The position numbers were made by a program, and so were the translations under genes. The notes beneath the pieces are model-generated. The model did no database searches. It was not told the DNA's origin and saw nothing but the letters and a program-made list of their open reading frames with translations. DNA of 16,079 bases, from positions 1-16,079 of the forward strand of contig JAZBOO010000105.1 in the NCBI GenBank assembly GCA_036351155.1, given 5' to 3'. This stretch comes from Candidatus Krumholzibacteriia bacterium. Its GTDB lineage: Bacteria > Krumholzibacteriota > Krumholzibacteriia > LZORAL124-64-63. This document shows, piece by piece, positions 8,216 to 16,079 of this stretch; the first letter of the stretch is position 1, and each line of letters begins with the position of its first letter.

Positions 8216-8968
8216 TCACACCCCCAGAGCGGCCAGAGCCAGCATGATCAGAAGTCCCGCCAGAAGCCAGGCCCAGCCTTTACGCAGACCGTATCGGTCG
8301 ATCATGGTGCCCACCCCCAGTCCCGGCAACAGCAGGGGCAGCATACCCAGAGCCTGGTGGATCTTGCCGGGTAGATAGACATAGGCGGGCAACCAGAGTT
8401 TCATGAGCAGCAGCAGATACAGCATCACCAGCACGAAACCGCGCCCGAAAGTGGTGGCCAGACACCGCAGGTGGATGGCCTCCATGCGCACCAGAGAGCC
8501 ATCACGCAAGGTCTTGTGCCCCTGAAGCATGAGCAGCCCGTTGGCCTTACGCTCGGCCTGGATAATGGGGTGCCCCAGCGCACTCAGCAGGCCCCCGGCC
8601 AGGATGATCCAGCCCAGGAGTCCCAGGTCGGCAAACCCCACCTGCTCCAGATCGGGCACAAAGACCCGGCCGGACAGGCAGGCCGCCGCCACCGCCGCGG
8701 TGAGGGCCACCCCGGAATCGCCGGTGAATGTTTGCCCCACGGGAAGATTGCCCGCCAGAACCAGTTGCAAGGGCAGGCCAATGGCCAGCCCGGTCATGGG
8801 GTCGCCACAGAAAAACCCGGTGATCAAGGCAATGACCAGGGGCTGGCCAAACCAGGTCTGTCCCACGGACACATCGTCAATGGCGGCAAACGCCGCCACC
8901 AACCCCAGCACTCCGAGGGAGAGCAGGGAGGTGTCGCCGATCAGGGCTGCCGGGAACAATAGCATCAC
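8216..8968 (-). CDS. PTS mannose/fructose/sorbose family IIC component (divergent)
   Basis: Highly hydrophobic 250 aa. QPLV...GDPMTGLAIGLPLQLV...PVG...D resembles the ManY N-terminal pattern. Lies between IIB and IID. Confidence 0.82.
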   Translation of the reverse strand: MMLLFPAALIGDTSLLSLGVLGLVAAFAAIDDVSVGQTWFGQPLVIALITGFFCGDPMTGLAIGLPLQLVLAGNLPVGQTFTGDSGVALTAAVAAACLSGRVFVPDLEQVGFADLGLLGWIILAGGLLSALGHPIIQAERKANGLLMLQGHKTLRDGSLVRMEAIHLRCLATTFGRGFVLVMLYLLLLMKLWLPAYVYLPGKIHQALGMLPLLLPGLGVGTMIDRYGLRKGWAWLLAGLLIMLALAALGV

Positions 8969-9462
8969 AATTTTTCGGCCATGGCCTCAAGTCCGGACTT
9001 GTCCAGCCCCATGGATTTGCCGCCTGGAACTTGCTGAGCAAACAGTTCAATGCCCTGGTCGAGCAGGCGGCCCATGGCCGTCAGATCCTGCCGATCCACG
9101 TAAACGAAGGGCAGCATTTCTTTCTTGCCCACCGAGAAATGAAGCCCGCCGATGTTGACCTCGGCCAGGGCGGCACCCAGGCGAGCCAGCTCGGCCATTT
9201 CTCCGGGCGAAGCCGTCAGCAGGATGACCCGCTGATTGTACATGGCTTCCTTGCTGAGCTGGGAAACGGTTTCGGCGATGGAAAAAATGGACACCCGGAT
9301 TTCGGGCGGCACGCTGGAAGCATAGACTCGAGACTGCCAAGGGTCGGCAGCTATCTCGTTGTTGGCCAGCACGATACGATCGGGTTGCAGCTGCTGGCTC
9401 CAGCCCACGGTCACCTGTCCGTGGATCATTCGATCGTCCACCCGGGCCAGGATGATGGGCAT
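8965..9462 (-). CDS. PTS mannose/sorbose family IIB component
   Basis: RVDDRMIHGQV (phospho-His), VNIGG and QVP. ATG 9462 overlaps the IIA stop (TGATG). Confidence 0.93.
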   Translation of the reverse strand: MPIILARVDDRMIHGQVTVGWSQQLQPDRIVLANNEIAADPWQSRVYASSVPPEIRVSIFSIAETVSQLSKEAMYNQRVILLTASPGEMAELARLGAALAEVNIGGLHFSVGKKEMLPFVYVDRQDLTAMGRLLDQGIELFAQQVPGGKSMGLDKSGLEAMAEKL

Positions 9463-9845
9463 CAGGAGCACCCGACCTGGACAATGGCCTCGCGGCCCTT
9501 CTGGATGACCTTGCGCACCAGTTGATCGTATTCCGCACTCTCGCGCCAGGTCATAAATCCCAGCAGCATGGCCAGGTTCACTCCGCAGATGACGACCGTC
9601 CCGGGGTGATCGGCGCAGCCCAGCTGGCTGCTGGTGGCGCAGCTGCCGGCATAGTCATCGACCATGATCAGGGCCGGGGAGTCATCGGAGTTCAGCCAGT
9701 CCTGGACTTCCTTGGCCAGGTCCGGGGCCGATTTTCCGTGGTTGCTGCCGGCCTTCAGCCCCTCGACGGGGCCCAGGATCATCTCCACCACCTTGACCAG
9801 CTCGGCGCCGATGGAGCCGTGGGTCAGGATCAGGGCTCGGACCAT
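9462..9845 (-). CDS. PTS mannose family IIA component
   Basis: ILTHG (phospho-His), VDDYAGS and GVNLAML; GGAGG 7 nt upstream of ATG 9845. Confidence 0.9.
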   Translation of the reverse strand: MVRALILTHGSIGAELVKVVEMILGPVEGLKAGSNHGKSAPDLAKEVQDWLNSDDSPALIMVDDYAGSCATSSQLGCADHPGTVVICGVNLAMLLGFMTWRESAEYDQLVRKVIQKGREAIVQVGCS

Positions 9846-9870
9846 CAATGTGCCTCCGGTTGGGGCCGCT

Positions 9871-10839
9871 CTATTCGCGGTCCTGACGCAGATAATCGTG
9901 CAACCGGTTGCTGGAACGCATCGATTCGATGATGCGCTCGTTCAGCTGCTCGGCTGCATCGTAGCCGTAGATCTTGAGCATGAAATTCAGGGCGATGACT
10001 TCACTGATGACCGTGATGTTCTTGCCCGGAAAGAGGGGCACGATGACCTGGGGAATATCCACCCCGAGGATCCCGGTGAACCGGGTCTCCATGCCCACCC
10101 GCTCGTAATCGACCGTATCGTCCCATTCCTGGAGCTGAACTTCAACCTCGATCCGCTTTTGCATGCGGATGGCCCGGATCCCGAAGATGGCCTGCACGTC
10201 AATGACTCCCACCCCCCGGATCTCCAGGTGATGGCGCAGAACGTCGCGATACTTGCCGATCAGCACGTCCTCGGGGGTGCGGGTGATCTCGACGATGTCG
10301 TCGGCCACCAGACGGTGCCCTCGCTCGATCAGATCGAGGGCACACTCGCTCTTGCCAATCCCGCTGCGTCCCGTGAACAGCAAACCCACCCCGTACACGT
10401 CGACCAGAGTGCCGTGCACATCGGTGGTGGGAGAAAAAACCCGCTCGAGGTGGTGATTCATCTCGGCCATGAACTCGACGGCGGGCAGGGCCGAACGGAT
10501 CAGTGGAATCCCGCGCTCACGCAGGAGCTGGAGGATGGGCCCCGGCACGGAGAGATCCTTGGCGATGAACACCACCGGCGGCTCCAGGTCCAGCACGCGC
10601 CCCACGGCAGTGCGCTGTGCTTCAGCATCCAGAGTTTCCAGGAAGGCCATTTCCGACTCGCCCAGGATCTGGATCCGCTGGGGCTGGAAGTTCTCCGCAA
10701 ACCCCATCAAAGCCATGCCCGGACGATGAACGTCCTGGGCCATGACCTCCACGGGGTCGGCGGGCCAGTCGGTCAGGCTCTCCAGAACCAGGCGGTCCTT
10801 CAGGTCCTGGAACAGGTCTTGTACCGTTACCGGAGCCAT
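9871..10839 (-). CDS. hprK: HPr(Ser) kinase/phosphorylase
   Basis: HRPG, HGTLVDVYGVG, Walker A GRSGIGKSE, GHRLVADD, LEIRGVGVIDV and PGKN. Start ATG 10839 with AAGGA upstream. Confidence 0.96.
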   Translation of the reverse strand: MAPVTVQDLFQDLKDRLVLESLTDWPADPVEVMAQDVHRPGMALMGFAENFQPQRIQILGESEMAFLETLDAEAQRTAVGRVLDLEPPVVFIAKDLSVPGPILQLLRERGIPLIRSALPAVEFMAEMNHHLERVFSPTTDVHGTLVDVYGVGLLFTGRSGIGKSECALDLIERGHRLVADDIVEITRTPEDVLIGKYRDVLRHHLEIRGVGVIDVQAIFGIRAIRMQKRIEVEVQLQEWDDTVDYERVGMETRFTGILGVDIPQVIVPLFPGKNITVISEVIALNFMLKIYGYDAAEQLNERIIESMRSSNRLHDYLRQDRE

Positions 10840-10867
10840 GGGGTCCTTTCGGGCCGACAGGAAGCCT

Positions 10868-11395
10868 CTATTCGGAGGCTTCCATGTGGCCAAGTTCGCC
10901 GTTGTCCCGGCGGTAGATCACACCCAGCCGATTACTCTCCACGTTCCGGAACACCAGGAACGGGGCATCGGTCGAGGCGAAGGCCGCCTTGGCCCCGGTG
11001 AGGTCCAGATCACGCAGGACAAAGCCCTCGGGTTTTTCAACAGCATCTTCGAACAGGCCCGCGTCGGCCAGCATGGCGCGTCCCAGTCCGCCCTCTTCAC
11101 CCTTCTGCTTGCCCGAGATCTTGCCCTTCCACTTGGCCAGCTGCTTCCGCAGGCTTTCGACCAGCTCGGCCACCGCGAACTCCGGCTCGCGGCCCTCGCC
11201 CTTGGCGCGGAATTCCTGATTCTTCAGATGCACCACCGAGTCGGCGTTGAAGATGCCGGCCTCGTGGGTGATGGTCACCTTGACCGACTGGACAGGTCGG
11301 GGACTGAACCGTTCCAGCTTGGCCAGGTCGGCCTCGATGGTCTCGGTCTGATCTTCACCCAGGTTGAAATGGCGGGTGGTGATTTCAGTCTGCAT
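10868..11395 (-). CDS. hpf: Ribosome hibernation promoting factor, long form
   Basis: N-terminal MQTEITTRHF...LRKQLAKWKGK (S30AE-like) plus C-terminal FLVFRN...VIYRRDNGELG domain. GAGGAGG upstream of ATG 11395; directly follows rpoN. Confidence 0.88.
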   Translation of the reverse strand: MQTEITTRHFNLGEDQTETIEADLAKLERFSPRPVQSVKVTITHEAGIFNADSVVHLKNQEFRAKGEGREPEFAVAELVESLRKQLAKWKGKISGKQKGEEGGLGRAMLADAGLFEDAVEKPEGFVLRDLDLTGAKAAFASTDAPFLVFRNVESNRLGVIYRRDNGELGHMEASE

Positions 11396-11438
11396 GGCGC
11401 CCTCCTCTGGCGGATAGTGACTAACGGGACACTTGATT

Positions 11439-12869
11439 CTAGAACTGCTTGCGCATGCGCGCACTCAAAATACCCAGCTGCTCGCGGTACTTGGCCACGG
11501 TGCGACGCGCGATTTTCAGCCCGCGCTCATGCAGCAGGTCGACGATCTTCTTGTCGGACAGGGGCCGCGCCGGATTCTCACCGGACACGATTTCCTGGAT
11601 CATGATCTTGACGGCCTTGGCCGCCACCTCGCCTCCCCCGCTGGAATCGAGGCCCGCACTGAAGAAGAACTTCAGCGGGAACACTCCACGCGGCGTCTGG
11701 ACAAACTTCTGCCGCGTGACGCGGGAAACCGTGGACTCGTGCATCCCGATGGTGGACGCCACCTGGTTGAGGGTCAGAGGTTTGAGGGCGATGGCGCCCT
11801 TCTCGAAAAATTCGGTCTGCTCGGCCACGATGGCCTCCATGACCTTGATCATGGTGCGCCGCCGCTGCTCGATGGTCTTGATGACCCACTCGGCGTGCTT
11901 CTTCTTCTCGTCGATGAACTTGACGTCGTCCTCGGTGTTCAGCTGCCCCTGACTCTCGTAGGCCTGGCTGACCCGCAAGCGGGGCAAGTTGCCGTCCATC
12001 AGGGCCACAGCAAAGCCGTCACCATCCTCGTCCACCTTGATCACCTCGAGATCCGGAACGATGGCACGCGCACCATCCCCACTGGTCGAGAGCCCGGGCC
12101 GCGGATCCAGTTCGCCGATGCGCTGGGCAATATCCTGCACCTCGCGCGGGGTGATCTTCATCTCCCGGGCGATGTCGCTGAACTTGCGGTTCTTCAGTGA
12201 CTCGAAATGCTGGCGGATGATGTGTGCTTCCGGGCTCTCGCCCTGCCCCTTGGCTTCCAGCTGAAGCAGCAAGCATTCGGAAATATCGCGGGCCGCCACT
12301 CCAGGCGGATCGAAGGTCTGGACCACCGTCAGCACGGCCTCCACCACCTCGACATCGACCTCGAAAAAGGCGGCGATTTCCTCCAGGGGACAGGCCAGCA
12401 ATCCGTCGGCGCCCAGGCAGCCGATGATGTACTCGCCGATGTTGCGCTCCGGACCCTCGGGGATGGCCAGCTGCAGCTGTTCGCTGAGCGCTTCCTGGCC
12501 GCTGGGAACGTACTTCTGCGGCCGTTCCATCTCGTCTTCCTCGTCGTAACCCCGCTCGTTGTTGACGCCGCGGAAACCGTCGTCGAAGCTGTCGCCCCAG
12601 TCGCGATTCTCGTCCTGAGGATCCTGCTCCTTCACCCGCTCGCCTTCCTCGAGGGCGGCGATCTCGGTCTCCTGCTGGGTGGCCTCCTCGACTTCCTCGT
12701 CGTGGTCCACCTCTTCCAGCAGGGGGTTTTCCACCAGTTCCTTGCGCAGGATCTGCTCGAGTTCCAGGGTGGGCACCTGTAAAAGCTTGAGGGCCTGTTG
12801 CAGCCTCTGGGTCATGACCAGCTGCTGGCGCAGCTGCATGCTCTGGCGCAATCCGATGTTGGGAGCCAT
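11439..12869 (-). CDS. rpoN: RNA polymerase sigma-54 factor
   Basis: Q/L-rich region I (LQQALKLLQ), ENPLLE, DPPGVAAR, HESTVSR, PLSD and RpoN box ARRTVAKYRE. Confidence 0.98.
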   Translation of the reverse strand: MAPNIGLRQSMQLRQQLVMTQRLQQALKLLQVPTLELEQILRKELVENPLLEEVDHDEEVEEATQQETEIAALEEGERVKEQDPQDENRDWGDSFDDGFRGVNNERGYDEEDEMERPQKYVPSGQEALSEQLQLAIPEGPERNIGEYIIGCLGADGLLACPLEEIAAFFEVDVEVVEAVLTVVQTFDPPGVAARDISECLLLQLEAKGQGESPEAHIIRQHFESLKNRKFSDIAREMKITPREVQDIAQRIGELDPRPGLSTSGDGARAIVPDLEVIKVDEDGDGFAVALMDGNLPRLRVSQAYESQGQLNTEDDVKFIDEKKKHAEWVIKTIEQRRRTMIKVMEAIVAEQTEFFEKGAIALKPLTLNQVASTIGMHESTVSRVTRQKFVQTPRGVFPLKFFFSAGLDSSGGGEVAAKAVKIMIQEIVSGENPARPLSDKKIVDLLHERGLKIARRTVAKYREQLGILSARMRKQF

Positions 12870-12945
12870 GAGGCGGTCTTCCTTCCTGAGCTACAGGGCG
12901 GGGATCCTTCCCCGGCCGATCACGGGCGCCCCGCGGGGCGGTCCG

Positions 12946-13689
12946 TCAAAGTTTGAACGATTCGCCCAGGTATATGGCCCGGGCGCGGTCCGAAGCCACG
13001 ATCTCTGCCGGCGCACCGGACAGGACGATCTGGCCTTCATACAGAATATAAGCACGGTCGGTGATGTTCAGGGTTTCCCGCACGTTGTGGTCGGTGATCA
13101 GGACACCCAGTCCCTGGTCCCGCAGCTGGGAGACGACCTTCTGCAGGTCGGCCACGGCGATGGGGTCGATACCAGCAAAGGGCTCGTCCAGCAGGATGAA
13201 CTTGGGTTCGGTCACCAGGGCGCGCGCTATTTCTACCCGGCGGCGCTCCCCACCGGACAGCTGATACCCCCGGCTCTTGCGGATGTGGGTCACACCCATC
13301 ATTTCCAGCAACTCCTCCAGGCGTTCCTGGCGCTGCTGCTTGTTCAACTTGAGGCTTTGCAGGATGGCCATCACGTTTTCCTCCACCGTCAGCTGGCGGA
13401 AGATGGACGATTCCTGAGGCAGATAGCCGATGCCCAGCCGGGCCCTCTTGTACATGGGCTTGCGGGAAATTTCCTGGCCGTCCAGCTTGACGCTGCCCTC
13501 GTCCGGAGTGATGAAACCCACGATCATGTAGAAGGACGTGGTCTTGCCCGCTCCGTTGGGCCCCAGCAGCCCCACCACCTCGCCTTGCTGCACTTCAAGG
13601 TCCACATCCTGGACCACCGCGCGCCCGCGGTAAACCTTGCGCAACCCCTTGGCTTCGAGCTGGTGGACATTCGCGTTGCTGCTGGTCAA
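12946..13689 (-). CDS. lptB: LPS export ABC transporter ATP-binding protein
   Basis: [54 protein letters not shown] and YLGESF; upstream of rpoN. Confidence 0.97.
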   Translation of the reverse strand: MTSSNANVHQLEAKGLRKVYRGRAVVQDVDLEVQQGEVVGLLGPNGAGKTTSFYMIVGFITPDEGSVKLDGQEISRKPMYKRARLGIGYLPQESSIFRQLTVEENVMAILQSLKLNKQQRQERLEELLEMMGVTHIRKSRGYQLSGGERRRVEIARALVTEPKFILLDEPFAGIDPIAVADLQKVVSQLRDQGLGVLITDHNVRETLNITDRAYILYEGQIVLSGAPAEIVASDRARAIYLGESFKL

Positions 13690-14285
13690 TGAAGATCGCT
13701 TTCTGTGCGTGAGCCCGCTCTCGGTGCGGCCCTCTGGTCGCTGGCCTCGTCGGCCACCTCGGCCTCGACCTGCCGCTTGATTTCAATGTAATCCAGATCG
13801 GGCGTGGCCTCCAGCCCGATTCCCGTCATCACGTCGTTTCCCCGGGTGAAGGTATTGAAAACCTCGTTGTGGATCAGCTGGGTCTCGTTGGAAAAGTACA
13901 GTTCCTCGCACTCCAGACGCCGTCCGTCATCGGTGATCACCACCACGTTCCCCCAGGTGTAGACATCCTTGGTCAACAGGTGGGCCTTGCCGCTGTCGGC
14001 GGTCAGGACCGAGAAGTGGGTGCCGTCACGGAAAAAGTCCATCATCACCGTCGTCAGCTCCACGTCTTCCTGATCCGAGTACTTGCGCATCTCGTCACTG
14101 ATCAGAACCCATTGCTTGATGCCGGCGCTGGTCTCGGTCAACTGGTAGTCGAAGAACTGTTCCTTGGGCACACGGGCGTGGCCGGCCACCGGTTCGGAGG
14201 TCTCTTCGGTGGAAGAACAACCAGGCAACGCAAGGGTCAGAAGGGCCACGAGCACGGTTGCTGGGAAGAAGATACGAAGAGGCAT
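13686..14285 (-). CDS. lptC: LPS export periplasmic protein LptC-like, predicted lipoprotein
   Basis: Hydrophobic leader with lipobox-like LPGC; LTADSG, GNVVV, LECEEL and GIGLEA beta-jellyroll-like segments; position before lptB. Confidence 0.8.
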   Translation of the reverse strand: MPLRIFFPATVLVALLTLALPGCSSTEETSEPVAGHARVPKEQFFDYQLTETSAGIKQWVLISDEMRKYSDQEDVELTTVMMDFFRDGTHFSVLTADSGKAHLLTKDVYTWGNVVVITDDGRRLECEELYFSNETQLIHNEVFNTFTRGNDVMTGIGLEATPDLDYIEIKRQVEAEVADEASDQRAAPRAGSRTESDLH

Positions 14286-14333
14286 CGTCGCTATCCTTGT
14301 CTGCCAGGTAAATCCGGCTTGAAGCCGCAGGTT

Positions 14334-15245
14334 TCAAGCATGCCATCTTTCATGAAACCACACCCACTGGGCCGGGTTCCGTCGGATCAGTTCTTCCAGG
14401 GCCGCATTGCACCGGGCCAGGAATTCCTCCAGCTCGTCCTCGCGGGGAACCAGCGGGGCGAGCCAGTGGATGGTGAACCCTCCACCCTCCGGAATCATGG
14501 CCAGAGGCAGCACCGGGAGACCACGCTTGAGGGCCAGCTGGGCCATGGCCACCGGCGTGGGCGCCGGGCGCCCGAAAAACGGCACATCCAGGTTGCGGGT
14601 CCGAGTGTTCTGGTCCAGCAGAAAGGCCACCAGCCCTTCCTGGTCCAGATGTTTCAGCACCGGGCGCAAACCCTCATCCCGCGGCAAGGGCACCAGCCCC
14701 AGTTTCCGCCGACGTTCCTGTACCAGCCGGTCGATCGGCGGATTCCGCAAGGTGCCGGTCACCACCCCCAGCCGCCCCAGTCCCTCCCGGTCGAATTGCC
14801 GCGCGGCGTAGGCCCCCAGCAGTTCCCAGGAGCCGATATGCCCGGTCAGAAAAAAGACCCCCTGGCCATGCTTTTGCAGATCAGCCACGGTCCGGGCCAG
14901 GCTCAGGCCAGAGGGGCCCTTCTCCGTGAAGGTCGCCCGGTCCAGCAATCGCCCGGCGGCCAGGGCGTGAAACAGATTGTCGCCCGCGGCCGCAGCGGTG
15001 GCCTTGACCAGATCTTCCACCTCCCGGGGACCGCAATCCGGGAAGGCCCGAGCGAGATTGCCTCGAGCACGCGCCATTTCACGCGGTCGGACCATCCGGG
15101 CCAGCTGAGCCAGAGCGCGACACTTCCAGCGCCCCACTGCCAGAGGCAGTCGATCGGCCACCGCCAGCAATCCGGCCAGCAACAGCCAGTAGGCTCTTCG
15201 TCGCACCCGGCGCCACGCAGGCAAAGGGGCCGATGTCTGGGTCAA
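14334..15245 (-). CDS. Lipid A biosynthesis acyltransferase (LpxL/HtrB family)
   Basis: GHIGSWE (HX4E), LLDQ, VPFFGRPA and PAQWVWFHERW motifs; TTG start after GGAGG. Confidence 0.88.
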   Translation of the reverse strand: MTQTSAPLPAWRRVRRRAYWLLLAGLLAVADRLPLAVGRWKCRALAQLARMVRPREMARARGNLARAFPDCGPREVEDLVKATAAAAGDNLFHALAAGRLLDRATFTEKGPSGLSLARTVADLQKHGQGVFFLTGHIGSWELLGAYAARQFDREGLGRLGVVTGTLRNPPIDRLVQERRRKLGLVPLPRDEGLRPVLKHLDQEGLVAFLLDQNTRTRNLDVPFFGRPAPTPVAMAQLALKRGLPVLPLAMIPEGGGFTIHWLAPLVPREDELEEFLARCNAALEELIRRNPAQWVWFHERWHA

Positions 15246-15293
15246 GGTCGTCCTCCCTGTGCCCCTATTTTCGCCACCAGGGCAAGCCGGTCA

Positions 15294-15310
15294 AGCACAA
15301 GTTGTGCCAA
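15294..15310 (-). promoter_or_regulatory. Sigma-54 (-24/-12) promoter or binding site
   Basis: Minus strand TTGGCACAACTTGTGCT has TGGCAC and exact GG-N10-GC spacing. It is intergenic, faces the acyltransferase and has an AT-rich tract upstream. Confidence 0.65.
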
Positions 15311-15377
15311 CCATTCAATTAATTTAATGACAAGGGATTATCGGCGCCAGCAGGGGATGAAAATCGGAGCCGCAAAC

Positions 15378-16079
15378 CTACAGCAGCCCCGCCCTCAGCA
15401 CGTCGTGAATATGCAGCAACCCCACGGGACGGTTTCCCTCGTCCGTGACAATCAGCAGGGTCACCGGACCACGCTTGCGTTTTTCCATCATGCGCAGGGC
15501 CGAGATGGCCAGCAGGTCCGGCGAGATGGTGCTGGGCCTGGGGTTCATGGCCTGGGTGATGGGCAGGTCCAGGGCGTTTTCTTTTTCCAGCAAGATGCGC
15601 TTGACGTCGCCGTCCACGCAGAGCCCCACCAGCTTGCCGTCGCCGTCGACCACGCAGACACCGCCCAGACGCTTGCCCACGATCTCGGGCAGGCTCTGGC
15701 GCAGGGTCAGGGACTGGTCCACGATGGGCAGCTCGTCGCCGGTGTGCATCAGCTCGGACACGCGCATGAGCAAACTGCGGCCCAGGGTGCCGCTGGGATG
15801 GAACAGGGCAAAGTCCTCGCGCTTGAACCCGCGCATGGTGATCAGAGCCACCGCCAGGGCATCGCCCATGGCCATGGCGGCCACGGCGCTGGAGGTCGGC
15901 GTCAGGTCCAGGGGACAGGCTTCGTGGGCCACCGGCGTGTGCAGGATGATATCACTGGCCTGGGCCAGATCCGAATCGGTGCGACCGGTGATCGCGATGG
16001 TGGTCATGTCGAACTCGCGGCAGCGGGCGGCCAGTGCCACCACCTCGCGGTTGTTGCCACCACGGGACAGGCTGATCAG
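15378..16079 (-). CDS. kdsD: KpsF/GutQ family arabinose-5-phosphate isomerase (SIS plus CBS pair), 5' end outside the window
   Basis: EACPLDLTPTSS, MGDALA, FHPSGTLG, tandem CBS domains (DGD, HIHD). The frame is open to the window edge (LISLSRGGNNREV...). Confidence 0.9.
   Translation of the reverse strand: MISLSRGGNNREVVALAARCREFDMTTIAITGRTDSDLAQASDIILHTPVAHEACPLDLTPTSSAVAAMAMGDALAVALITMRGFKREDFALFHPSGTLGRSLLMRVSELMHTGDELPIVDQSLTLRQSLPEIVGKRLGGVCVVDGDGKLVGLCVDGDVKRILLEKENALDLPITQAMNPRPSTISPDLLAISALRMMEKRKRGPVTLLIVTDEGNRPVGLLHIHDVLRAGLL

Noticed and set aside
11436..11468. TAGAAT -10-like hexamer over the rpoN stop as an hpf promoter
   Set aside because: No correctly spaced -35 or extended -10 TG; insufficient support.
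14315..14327. CGGCTT-G-AAGCCG inverted repeat after the acyltransferase as a terminator
   Set aside because: Short stem and no proper U-tract.
1..16079. CRISPR arrays, tRNA/rRNA, IS or prophage genes, defence systems, frameshifted pseudogenes
   Set aside because: No repeat-spacer periodicity, RNA gene signature or mobile-element motif was seen. Intact housekeeping genes tile nearly the whole window.

Overview
GC-rich bacterial chromosomal window from a diderm, LPS-producing organism. The gene order and a lipoprotein-like LptC suggest an FCB-group or Gemmatimonadota/Latescibacterota-like lineage (inference only). Almost all genes are on the minus strand. Read right to left, one long cluster runs kdsD (partial) - lipid A acyltransferase - lptC - lptB - rpoN - long HPF - hprK - mannose-family PTS IIA/IIB/IIC/IID - HPr - enzyme I - bifunctional PGI/PMI - metK, ending in a strong intrinsic terminator. 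Next come a 60-aa Cys/Lys-rich plus-strand ORF and a divergent ppk1-sixA unit; sixA is truncated by the window edge and missing from the ORF track. This is mostly conserved housekeeping DNA with no mobile element, CRISPR array or RNA gene, and I cannot claim a new system. The best leads are a sigma-54 (-24/-12) site upstream of the unit that contains rpoN itself, lptC abutting lptB with no lptA, a complete Man-family PTS coupled to PGI/PMI where ptsN/rapZ usually sit, an internal promoter for ptsH-ptsI sharing a 10-mer with the ppk1 promoter region, and the small putative metal-binding protein.
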